64,000 nt of DNA from Oikopleura dioica (Eukaryota; Animalia; Chordata). The stretch's first letter is position 1. The number at the start of each line of letters is the position of its first letter. Location: positions 12,772,001 through 12,836,000 of the forward strand of contig OU015569.1 of assembly GCA_907165135.1 (NCBI GenBank). The letters are read 5' to 3'. Made by a program: the position numbers and the translations under genes. This document shows positions 38,066 to 49,092 of the stretch, piece by piece. The notes under the pieces are model-generated. The model saw only the letters and a program-made list of their open reading frames with translations. It ran no database searches and was not told the origin of the DNA.

Positions 38066-38432
38066 GTGGACTTAAAATTTTAAAATTGCTCAAACTCAAT
38101 CTTGTAAAATAAAAGAGATAATTTTTGAAATAAGTTACCTGTGTCATTACCTTTTAAAAGTTTAAAGAACTTTTTCCGAGAGATGTGATTTCTCCAAAAG
38201 AGAAACAGAATATGAAAAAAAGCGCTCAAGGTCAAGACTTATAAACAAGAGGGAACAGCGCCATCTGACACATCATCTAAAACAACAGTATAAATAAACG
38301 TGTCCGATCATTCTTGCTCAAAGTACGTGATGTTGAACCTTGAGAAAAAAGCAAAAATTGTAATCAACTGTCCACTCAATATTTAACAAGAAATTTTAAA
38401 TACGACAAAATCAAAGAAACGAAGAAAGCACT

Positions 38433-39158
38433 ATGTCAACTATCATTACAAAGTTCTTGCCAGACATTCGTTTTCAACACCCGTGCTCTTTATTTATAAG
38501 TGGAGCTACGGGAAGCGGTAAAAGCAACTTTGTAAAGAATTTAATAGAATGCGAAGGTATTCGTGGAGAAATGACAGATATATATTATTTTATGCCACGC
38601 CTGGAAACAATTAATATTCGACCACCAGCACATCAAGAATTGTTTTTGATGGAAGGTTTGCCAACAAAAGAATGGGTAGATGACACATTTAAGACAGAAA
38701 ATAATAACAACGTGATTGTTGTAGACGATCAGTGGTCACAAGCAGTCAATAGTCCCGTAATTGAGTACCTTCTCACATACGGTCGTAGACATCTCCGGCT
38801 GACTCTCATCTTTATAAGTCAGAACTTCTACGAAAAGTCAAAAATATCCATAACTCTCAGGTAATAACACATTTAAAATTATCCAACCAGATATTTCAGG
38901 AACTGCATGACAATCTTTATATTATTTAAAAATAATACAGACACAGGCATTAACAAAACAGTAGCGACGAAAACAGGGGAAGTAGAAGCGTACAACGCGG
39001 CAATGAGGCTTTTCAAAGAGCGCAGAATCCCGACCTTCTACTATGTGATCCTGGTAAGAGACATCAACCACCCAGATCAACCACGTGTTATGACGAATTA
39101 CTTCGGGGAAATCCCTGGCCTTGGCGGCGCACCTTGGCTATTTGACGTTCAACAGTAA
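38433..39158 (+). CDS. A32/FtsK-HerA family genome-packaging ATPase, 228 aa
   Basis: Walker A GATGSGKS, Walker B IVVDD, GRRH, ISQN; 39-nt intron 38861..38899 gives ...TLRNCMTIFILFKN. Confidence 0.93.
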
Positions 39159-39504
39159 CCCCTTGCATTTAATCCTTGATTTTTAATAAAATAAACGAAA
39201 AATTTTAATAAAATCTGTTTATTTTGATGTTTGGCGAGAAATCAATTTCTAGAACATTTGTTTTTTTTTTTGACGAGTAGATCAAGAAGAAGTGTTTTCA
39301 GCGGATGAGGTGGGTTGCGTCTCGTTTTCTTCTTTTCTAAAACCATAAGATGTGAATTTGGTTATGCAATATGTAAAATAAAAAAAACTCAAAATTTGAT
39401 AAATTAAAACTAGATCCATGAGGTGTGTAAAAAATGTAACTTTCAACACTTACTTTTGACTATCCAAGATGCTTTTCTGCTCGTTTTTATATTTTCGAAG
39501 AAGG

Positions 39505-40458
39505 TTAAAGAGTGCCCAATCGTAGTCTTCTTCGTTGTGAAATGTTGGTCGAAGTGCATGCCGAGTAAATCCCAAAAGTGACTACAAAGTACTTAATCAG
39601 AAACAAAAGATAAATTACATTTTCATTATCATTGATTATTTGCCGTTCCAAGCAGATGTTTTCAATACGATGCGCGAATCGCACAAAGGCGCTTATCGGT
39701 CCAAAGTAATTGCAGAAGGCGTAAGTACGGAACAATTTTCGGGCGAGTTGCCTGAGGATCAGCAGTCGCGTGTCAGACATTTGGGCATAATCGTAGTCAT
39801 CTTTCTTCAATCCAGCGATTCTTAATAAAGAGACAACGCGTCTGTCGATTTTATCTTTGTCAGCTTGATTATTCTTTCGATAATCTGGGTTTCGCTCAAG
39901 AAGACAGCGCACGAAGACTTCGGCATAAAAAAGAAATACAGATGTCATCGTAAAAGAATATTCGCGAATCAATGTGAGATTAAAAAAGACATCGTCCAGA
40001 TACGGGTAAACAACCTTCTGATAATCGCATGTAAAGCTGTAGGACATGTCGGCGGTCTTTTCCCGAGAATAGGTAAAGCGACGATAGACAATCATTGGTT
40101 CATAAGCCAGGGACCCATAGGAAGTACTTCCATCGACACAGTGATGACAAATAGACGGACGTCGGCGAACTATCACAAATTAAAAAACTATGTTTTGAGC
40201 TTTGGTATTACCTAAATCTTCTCGGAGGTAAATAACAATTCGTGGGTGGAAAGTGTTTGTTTCCCTGTTGTAATCCTGGAACAGATGAAATCCAAAGCTC
40301 ATCTTGCGGGTCGTAAAAGCTTCCTTAGCAATAACCTCTGGTATCGGGTACCCGGAAGAACCTCGGTGCCACCCATCAAAAATGTTCTCCCTACGCGAAA
40401 TAACTGGAAACTTAACGCGCACAAGTTCAGAGAGAGTTTCTTCGAAAATCAGGACCAT
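39505..40458 (-). CDS. ~300-aa ORFan beside the ATPase
   Basis: The 42-nt intron 40170..40211 joins the two track ORFs in frame (REDL|VRRRPSICHHC); 3' end uncertain. Confidence 0.65.
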
Positions 40459-40635
40459 CTCGATAAACTCTAACAGCTAAGCCAAAATTACGAAACGAAA
40501 CTACGAAAAACCTCAACCAACTCTCGACCGCCTCACACAACAATCTCAAACCGAAAAAGGAAATTAAAACAAAGGTGAGATACAGGAAATATTTTTATTT
40601 TAATGCAGCTGAAAAGCGCAAAAGTTGCTTCTGCT

Positions 40636-41508
40636 TTAGTTGCTTTCGGTAGACCAATTTCGCCCAGCAAGCGTGAAAGAGCGATTCGACGGAGTGGTGA
40701 ATTCTAGTCGCCATCTCTGGTTGCAAATATCACTCCATAGATCGTGGTAGCGCCCATCGATTTCCCGCTCCTTGGCTTGAATATAGCCCTTCAACTGGAG
40801 CTGTTCTTCTCGCGTCAATTTAGATTTGAGAAGATTGTAGATGGCCGAAGGGGAAGGATCGTTTGGTTGGGTGGCGGGATCGATTGGGGCAGACCCAGCG
40901 AAATCGACGACTAAAATTAATTATTTTCAGCCTGAGAGACATTTAAAACTTACATTCGCGAGCTGGAGAAAGAGGCTCTCGTTGGTCGGGAGCGGTCGTT
41001 TCTTCGCCGACGCTAGGTCGAGGAGGGAGATTCGGGTAGACCTGAGGGGCTTGAAGGCCACTTGGTCCAGCCTCTTCTGGAAGTCGGAGCTGGGGGTCAG
41101 AGTTTCGAGATGGCCCCCTAACACGGAAGTGATTTGGGGGAACCTCAGTGTCCATTGGAGCAGAAGCGATCGGGGACGTAGGTGTCTGCTCGGGCTCCGG
41201 TTGATGAACAGGGGAGCTAGGAGCGAGATGATCGGTCGCTTCAGGAGCGGCGGCAACTTGTCGTCGGTTCTTGGTAAAACCGAATTTGGGGATCAGTTTC
41301 CCTTTGCCACGTGGGAGTTCTTCGCTTTCGGATGAGGAGGAATTGGGCGCATCGATTGAATGGAGAGCCAATTTCGCCTGGAGTAAGTGCGCTTCCGCGC
41401 GAGAGATCGCAGAAGCGAGAGCGGATCGCTTGCTTGTCGCAGATCGAGTAATTCGCTAACATAATTGTAAATTCGAAAAAAATTTCGAATACGGGTACTT
41501 ACAGTCAT
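40636..41508 (-). CDS. Multi-exon Pro-rich ORFan
   Basis: 2-codon first exon ATGACT|gtaagt spliced to RITRSATSKRS..., continuing into the 40943 and 40636 track ORFs. Confidence 0.55.
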
Positions 41509-41913
41509 CGGGAAAGTCGAAAAAAAGGGTTGGGGTGGACTTTATCCAAATGCCGAGTTTATCCAAAGGCCGACTTTATCCATATGCAGAGTTTATCCAA
41601 ATGGATAAAGTCGTCATATGGATAAACTCGGCATTTGGATAAAGTCCGCCACTTTTTTGCTAAAAATTTTCTAGAACAAAGAAGTTACTTGCGAGAATGG
41701 ATAAACTCGATCACTTTTTTATAAAAGTGGATAAACTTGATCATTTTTAGTAAAAATTGGATAAAGTCGATAATTTTTGAAAAAATTTGGATAAAATCGA
41801 TCAATTTTAATTTATAAATTCATAATGAAGACCGAGTCAACTTCATCAATTCTTTAAAGTCACCCCCCTCCCAGATGAAAATTTTTCTGATAATAATTGT
41901 GTCAGATGAGTAA

Positions 41914-42378
41914 TCTTTGTCGCGCCGCCAATTCTCAATGCTCGGCGTGCTCAAGCTCAGCAAAAATTCAAACCCGGCGTCAGCCGTGCTAAAGCTTAGT
42001 TTGATTTAGTCTTTTTCATGCTCAGTCGTGATCTAGCTAAGTTTGATTGAGCATTTGCGTGCTCAGCCGTGCTCATGCTCGTGAATATCTGAAATGTGTG
42101 CCAAATTGCTCTGAGCACATATAATTTAAATAAACTTATAATTCAAATATTGGAAGCAAATCCGTTCTCAGATGTGCTCAGAGCAATTGGGCACACATTT
42201 CAGATATTCACGAGCATGAGCAAGGCTGAGCACGCAAATGCTCAATCCAACTTAGCTAGATCACGACTGAGCATGAAAAAGACTAAGTCAGACTAAGCTT
42301 TAGAACGGCTGACGCCGGGTTTGAATTTTTGTTGAGCTTGAGCACGCCGAGTACTTAGAATTGGCGGCGCGACAAAGA
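41914..42378. mobile_element. MITE with ~205-bp TIRs and TAA duplication (PIF/Harbinger-like)
   Basis: Near-perfect palindrome tctttgtcgcgccgcc...ggcggcgcgacaaaga around a ~50-bp spacer; TAA at 41911..41913 and 42379..42381. Confidence 0.8.
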
Positions 42379-42887
42379 TAACGGGAGTCACTTAATAGCG
42401 CCGCCTTGCGCCGTCCTTCGCCGCCCAGTCCCGCTTGATATTGTTCTCCACGAAGATTTTTGGCGTTTCAATCATGAATTTTTTATGTTTTCTTATCAAA
42501 ACTTTTATTCTCGTATGTTCAAATAATTTCACCAACAGAAAAAAAGAAAACTTATGATTTAGGGCGTCAGAAAAGGAAGTCAAAATTATCTACAGATTTT
42601 GGCATAAAATCATCAATTTATTAACCGCGTGGGACGAATCGTACATTCCAATGTCATTTAAGACTTTAGGGGCCCGGTATTCCCAAACTATAAATCCGAT
42701 TACTTTGAAATTTTAAATGTGGGTTGGCTCATGCCTTCTTAGTAACTTGTGCAAATGTGGAAGTTTTATCACGGCTCAGTTGCACCTGACACAGGATTAA
42801 GTCTGGCCTACTCGAGCGCCCGCTGAGATTTTTACTGTAAAAACGAACCAATTTGTTTGTTTGAGCTATTAAGGGAAGGTTACAATT

Positions 42888-43060
42888 ATCCTGAGGATCA
42901 ACCTCAGGATACCCTCTAGAAGTGAATCCTGAGGATTGTCCTCAGGATACCTTTCATAAACCTATCCTGAGGATAAGACACAGGATACACTCTAGAAACG
43001 AATCCTGGGTATCAGATCATAAAATTTCTTCGATAAAATTAGTCCTGAGGATAAGAAAAA
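42888..43060. repeat. Cluster of short TCCTGAGGA/TCCTCAGGA quasi-palindromic repeats
   Basis: About six copies in both orientations. Confidence 0.7.
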
Positions 43061-44620
43061 ACTGACAGATTCAGTCCCAGAGTTTACTACAAGACAGGCG
43101 CGGAGCTCTCTCGACTCCTCTTTTCGTGAGAGTGGCGTGGTTGAGCGGAGCGCTTTGATTGGTTGCAAGCGAAAAAGCACAAAAAGAAGAAAAAAACGAG
43201 CAAGAAAGAGGAAAACGCTAGAATAGAAATTCGAAAGAGTTTTGAAATAAAAGCCCGTCAATTTTCTAGCTTAACATCATCGTAATAAAAGACACGGTTT
43301 AGTTTTAGCGATTCAATGGAAAAATTTCGAGAAATCGAGAGAGTAAGATTTGAAATCGCTCTAAAAGGAAAATTTTCAATAAAATTTTTTTTTAAAATAC
43401 CACATTTGAGTTTTGCGTGCATTTTTAGGTAGTATTGTTTTTGAAATGAAAATGATCCTACTACGCATTTAGGCGCTACGAAAGTTCAAATTCATAGCTT
43501 ATATCCTTAAGCACACGACGGGCCAGAGGCCCTTACGCGCGCATTTTCTGATAGAGAACTCATGGGGTTGGCGGGGCCCAACTCTTGCTGTTGTTCCGAA
43601 CAGTTAGCTTGGCCAGAATTTGGTCAGACGAGACCCGGTTTGTACTGAACCGGGCGGCGCAGGGCGGCGCTATTCAGTACACGCCAAGATTACTCATCTC
43701 ACACAATTATCATCAGGAAAATTTTCATCTGGGAGGGGGTTGACTAGGTTGGGGTGTTCGGTGAATCTGGGCACAATTGGCCTACACAACTTCCAACTCC
43801 CCGTTTCCGACCAGGTCGCTTTTTCGATCGTTCTTATGACTTAGCGGAAGCCTTCAGCGATACGATCTGTAACTTTCTTAGGCTGTGAGGGGGGTTGAGT
43901 ATAATGTTCTATATGATTTGAAAGGCATTATTTTAGCATTATCAATTAAAAAATGATCGACTTTATCCATTTTCTACAAAAAATGACCGACTTTATCCAA
44001 TAATATGAAAAAGTGATTGATTTTATCCATTTTCTGAAAAAATCCTTTGTTCTAGAAAATTTTAGAAGAAAAAATGGCGGACTTTATCCATCTGCGGAGA
44101 TTATCCAATTTTGACTTTATCCATTTGGATAAACTCTGCATATGGATAAAGTCGGCCATTGGATAAACTCGGCATTTGGATAAAGTCCACCCCAATCGAA
44201 AAAAAGTCGAAACGTCCTTCTTCTAAAGCTTGCAGAGAGCAACTGATTACTTTTTGCATTTTAGACCTGATAACGACAACAATTCTAGAGAAAAAATGGT
44301 GTTTTTCACTTTAAAATTCAATGTTTTGATCTTTGCAAAACATGTTCTAGAGACGATATTTAGCATAAAAAACAGCATTTTTACCATTATTTTTCAATGA
44401 TTCCGCAATAAAATAGAATCTACCGGATAAAAAATGTTGTTTTTTCTACAGTAGGTCGAGACCTCGATAAACAGACTTCACTCGCAATTCAAATAAATTC
44501 CGACGGTGGAAAAATCTTTTACGGATGTTTATGCACCCGAGAAGGGGTATTTATTAACGAGACCATCAGGAAAAAACAGCTAAATCTGCTGAGTTGAGTT
44601 CCACGTAGCTTCTGAATGTT

Positions 44621-45457
44621 GTGATAACTTTGGATGAAGGAAATGATCTTGACCGAGTAGATCAAAAGAAACAAATCATACACTTGAACAAACGACACGA
44701 GAATTCTTTTTTAAACTTTACAATGGAAGTACAAAGCCAGAGAAAAGAACAAGATGTCAAGCGAGAAATCGAAGTGGTACAACATCCGCGCGATAAAATC
44801 AAAGCTTCAAGAAAAACTTACAAAGTAATGTATGAGAAACTACTTGATCAGCTGCTTAGGACCCAACCAGGAAGATTCCACTCACACTGCAACGGTCTAC
44901 TTTGGGCTATCGGTAACAATGAGGACGGAGCTCCAAAGTACAGTGCAAATCGGCTCAAGTCAATCATGGATAAGTCACCAGACGTGGATTACGACCATAA
45001 TCTCCGAAAAGAAATTGAAGCTGGCGCTGAACGGAACAATAGTGAAGATTTTGTTATTGACCACAATACCTTTGATTATTATGCTAGGTACGAGGACGGC
45101 GACTTCAACGTGCTCTACATCAGACGAACCGCCAAAGGAGGCGAACAACCATTTCCCGATTATGACACACGCGACTATTCCGACGACTCTGACGACAATT
45201 TCTTCCAATCAGATGACGACATCAGTGAAGACAGTGACAAGACCGTATCAGTGCGAATCGGAGAGCCAGATGAAAGTGAGTCAAGCTGCAACTGTGGCAA
45301 CATATTCCTCGAAGGCAATGACACCGACAGTGAGTACTCAGACGAAAGCACGGACGACGACTGCGAAGATGGGACAGACGATGATATCAGTTGCGAGAGA
45401 CTTGAAACGGCAGAGGCAGATGCGGATGCAACGGTTAAAGCGACTAAAGGTGCTTGA
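44621..45457 (+). CDS. Terminal ORFan (278 aa) with Asp/Glu-rich C-terminus, reading into the right TIR
   Basis: Uninterrupted ORF; AATAAA at 45574..45579 inside the TIR. Confidence 0.7.
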   Translation: MITLDEGNDLDRVDQKKQIIHLNKRHENSFLNFTMEVQSQRKEQDVKREIEVVQHPRDKIKASRKTYKVMYEKLLDQLLRTQPGRFHSHCNGLLWAIGNNEDGAPKYSANRLKSIMDKSPDVDYDHNLRKEIEAGAERNNSEDFVIDHNTFDYYARYEDGDFNVLYIRRTAKGGEQPFPDYDTRDYSDDSDDNFFQSDDDISEDSDKTVSVRIGEPDESESSCNCGNIFLEGNDTDSEYSDESTDDDCEDGTDDDISCERLETAEADADATVKATKGA

Positions 45458-45508
45458 ACGACGATTCAGAACAACGCAACTAATACGAAATATTATTGCA
45501 AACAGAAA

Positions 45509-46226
45509 AGTGCGAAACCTGCGACCCTTTACATATTCTGAGCTGAAATACGTTTTTTCCCAGTGCATTGAGGAATAAATGTAATTGAAATTGATTTTGA
45601 TTGTTTGTTGATTATTTGCAGGATATATACAGTAGATATTATATACAGTCATTGTTGTCTGCAGGAGTAGACTGAGTTGATCTGAAAAGGTGTGTGAGAA
45701 TTTGTTTTGTCCTTTGGTTTGATTACCTTGTTTATTCTTCAGTGATTGTTTATTCTTGCCACGGTCAGTTATTGTTTGGGCAGTCTTCTGAGGTCGATCA
45801 CGGTCATTGCTGTTCGAAGTGGGGGATGTCGTCATACCTGTTATTATAGTTGTTATGATAAATGTGACCACTGTTTACTCATCTGAGGAAATGAGCGCTA
45901 GAATAACTCTTGAATGAGAGCGGAAGTTGATTGGTGGAGATTGTTTACCTGTGGGCGGAGAGAGGAAATGTTATTGGCTCTAGAAGAATTGCGGAAATGG
46001 CACGCCGCCCTAATCACTGAAGGAAAGATGTTTGTTTAGACTGGAGTAGTTGTTTACATCTTGGTGGGCATTGTTTACCTGGAGGAGGAGAGAGAGGAAG
46101 TAATCGACTGGTACACGGCCGCCCTAATGGTTGAGGATTGGACCAAATTTGAATTGCGCGCACAGTGAAATAGAGCAATCACAGAGCACTTACCTTTCGA
46201 AACATACAGCCACCCTATATACTACT
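45509..46226 (-). repeat. Right terminal inverted repeat (718 bp)
   Basis: Reverse complement of 3887..4604; ends ...TATATACTACT, followed by TSD CTTATC. Confidence 0.97.
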
Positions 46227-46232
46227 CTTATC

Positions 46233-46351
46233 ATCTAAATGCCTTACGTCAAATAAGCCGATACGTGATGTCCACGAAAGGCTAATGGCCACGAGAGGCA
46301 ACTTGCCACGAGAGGCAAATTTGGCGAAATGGCCACGACAGGTAGCTCCCC
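46233..46351. mobile_element. MULE-like MITE, right part
   Basis: CCACGAGAGGCA subrepeats, ends CCCC, followed by TSD GAAAGATTC. Confidence 0.85.
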
Positions 46352-46432
46352 GAAAGATTCCCTTCTTGATTCCTTGAACCACGCCGACAAAAACGTAATG
46401 CTTCGTCATACATTTCCAAAAGTTTTTCTAAC

Positions 46433-48620
46433 ATGAATACGCATCACTTAGGCGACGTGGCCAAATGGGTGAACAAGGATACTAAACACTCAATTAGGGT
46501 GATGAAGAAAGGGTATTTTCCAAACAGGGTGTGATGAACAAGAGACTCCTGTCAAGAGTGTCGCAATTGCAAAGTCGAAATCCTCAAAAAAGCGTCCTGT
46601 ATCTTTGCTATATGATTTCGCTCTTGTCGGTAGAACTTCTAAAAGGGTTTCAGCTTTTCACACTCAAGGACCATAAACGCTCGCGGGAGGTATTTCTCGA
46701 GTGCCAAGTTCTCGACTTCAACTTTTGGAAAGTTTTCAACTTTTTCGTGTTCAACTCGAAAAGTTACTTTTACAAAATCCCTTTCCATCAAGGATACGTT
46801 CTATTAAAAACTGTGCTCGGAAGCCTTTGTAGAAAACCTAAGTCAAGATATGAAGAGCCAAAATATAAAGCCGCAGATGCGGCTTTGATTTAAAATAAGC
46901 CGCTCTGCGTCAATATTATAGATTGGGCTCGGCCACCTGTTTGGAAAACCTGAGTCAGGGTCTGATAAATCCTACTCTAAAACAAGTATTCTTGATGTTT
47001 GCTTGCTTAAAAAAGTAGACACGTTCTGTTGGCAAACGATTTGGCGGATTTGGAGCGTGTGTCAGGGCTGGTACGTAAAATACGATTACCTTGTGCAGGA
47101 TAAGCTGAAATAAGGATCCCAAACACCAAAACGTAGTCTACACGCACGCGCAGGTATGTTTCTAAGGCGCTGTTCTCGGCGAAAAACAACTCTTTCAAAA
47201 CAAGACTTTTCTGTTTTTCCTTTTTTGAAAGATCAAACGAGTCCGTTTTCTCGAGATCTAAGAACGTTCCTAGGATAAAGTGCAGTTCCGGAGAACGCCG
47301 AACAACCCTCACGTGATCGATGATGGCGGATTCTGTCAAATATGCCAAGTGCAAGTGGGCCAACGAGCCAAGCACTGCCGTTCATGCAACAAATGCGTCC
47401 AAGACTTCGGTGAGAATTCTATTTTTTCGGGTCTTAGAGCAGAATTTAAGGCCTTAGAAACTGGGCTCGGTAGCCTGTGTAAAAAGCCTGAGTCAGTGTT
47501 TTGAAACAGCCACGAAGAGTTAATGTCTTGAAATTCAAGACCCTTTTAACACAGGTTGCAAGCCCAGCTTAGGAGATCTTGTCGGTTTTATCCTTCTTTT
47601 TGTAAGAAAGAATAAGGGTGTCACTTTCATATTTTACCTTTTAAATAATTAAGATCATCACTGCCCATGGCTGGGGACTTGCATTGGCGCTCGAAATTAT
47701 TCCGCTTTTGTAGCTTATGCAGTGATTTACGCGCTCCTTCTTCTCGCCAGCGCGATTTTAGGAAACGAACTCAATCAAACCTTCGATTGAACTTTGACGA
47801 CTGTTGAGTACGTTTTCGCGTAAGGGATCACCTCCGCGGTCGGCGTCTTTGGCCAGCTCGACAGTGTCTACTCACCGCTTTATGGCGCCTTGGCCAGATC
47901 GGGCGAGATCACACTAGCCGTGTTTAGCTTCTTGTTCGCTTTGATCAGGTAGAAACAGAATCATAGCAGCTCAATTAAGAGTTCATAAATGAGTGACGTC
48001 ACTGACGCCCATATAATATGGGCCATATTATATGGAAATATGAGTCACCATTTTCGAAAATAGAACTCTAGGCTCGGCAACTTGCGGAGAAAACCTGAGT
48101 CAGGTTCTGAAGAGCCCAAATAATAAGCCGTGTAATGGTCTTATGTCGAAGCCGCTCTACGACTTGGCTATGCTACTAGCCTTAAGGCGGCTTTTCATTT
48201 AGCTTCTTCAGAGCCCGACTCCGGTTTTCTCCAATTCACATTAAGATTTCTTGAAATTCAGCTTGCCAGTGATCTACGAAGTCGGGGACCTTCTTCAGTA
48301 AGAAAAATTAAAACGGAGAAATTGAACCGTTCGAATAACATGAAATTGCAGCGCGCTCAGTGGTATTAAGCACATTAAGAATTCGCCGCTCCGAGAATGA
48401 ATTCTACCGCGAATTTGACGAACATTTTAGCTATCACTTCAAGTTGCGAAAACTCGGGTTGACCACATTCCAGTTGATCAAGCTTGGAAACGCCCGCAAA
48501 AACGATGATTCTTTCGATTTTTCGAAGCAAGAAAAATTCAAATTGCGAAAAATTGAAAAACTGTACAAAAAACTCGGACGGTGGTTCTTTTCTTTACAAG
48601 ACTTTGTGTCTTCAGAGTAG
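46433..48620 (+). CDS. DHHC palmitoyltransferase (ZDHHC1/11-like); start uncertain
   Basis: Intron 47410..47653 gives [41 protein letters not shown]; downstream HFKLRKLGLTTFQ matches the TTxE region. Confidence 0.88.
47461..47568. mobile_element. hAT-type MITE (host family), intronic
   Basis: ctgggctcggtagcc...ttgcaagcccag, flanks cttagaaa/cttaggag. Confidence 0.7.
48070..48240. mobile_element. hAT-type MITE (host family)
   Basis: ggctcggcaacttgcggagaaaacctgagtcagg with diverged inverted partner cccgactccggttttctcc. Confidence 0.65.
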
Positions 48621-48899
48621 GAGCTTTGTTTCGAAGCCGCTGAGAAATAAACGAACCTGAGAAAGAAGCTAGAAGCAGTCTACTTTGAACCGAGGACTCA
48701 CACGTTGCGAAAAGTGTCCTGTCCAAATGTCAAGTTCGTTATTCAGCAGGAAATTGACAATTATCTGCAAGTCGGGCGAGCCCACAGCAACGCATATTTT
48801 AAGTAGTAAATCTCACTCCGACCGGTTTCTCGCTTTTTTTAACGGATTCGTCAATTTCCTTCTTTCAACTTCATTTCCGACAAAAATAGCGACACCGAT

Positions 48900-49092
48900 T
48901 TTCTTTTCAACCTTTGTAGAAAACCTGATTCAGGGTCCTGATAGAGGATAAAAATCCTGAACAAAAGCCCGAAAGCGGCTCACTCTATTTTTTATTTTCA
49001 GGTAAAGCCGCTCCGCGGCTTATTTTTTGAGAATAGCCGCAGCGAGGCTTTATTTTGACCCTGACTCAGGTTTTCTACACAGTTGCGGCGGC
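48900..49092. mobile_element. hAT-type MITE (host family)
   Basis: gtagaaaacctgattcagggtc / gaccctgactcaggttttctacac. Confidence 0.65.

Larger units (their letters stand above)
41530..44195. mobile_element. Non-autonomous foldback/MULE-like insertion (~2.7 kb) nested in the Polinton
   Basis: ~280-bp TIRs starting TTGGGGTGGAC and built of GGATAAA subrepeats; imperfect flanking repeat TCGAAAAAAAG; no transposase ORF. Confidence 0.8.
3887..46226. mobile_element. Giant Polinton/Maverick (adintovirus-like) element, 42,340 bp
   Basis: AGTAGT...ACTACT termini, 718-bp TIRs, 6-bp TSD CTTATC (3881..3886 and 46227..46232). Encodes pPolB, integrase, packaging ATPase and a putative major capsid. Confidence 0.97.

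Noticed and set aside
4880-44700. Homology between the two terminal genes (KQLDRD vs NDLDRV)
   Set aside because: Only a few residues match, which is not enough to support paralogy.
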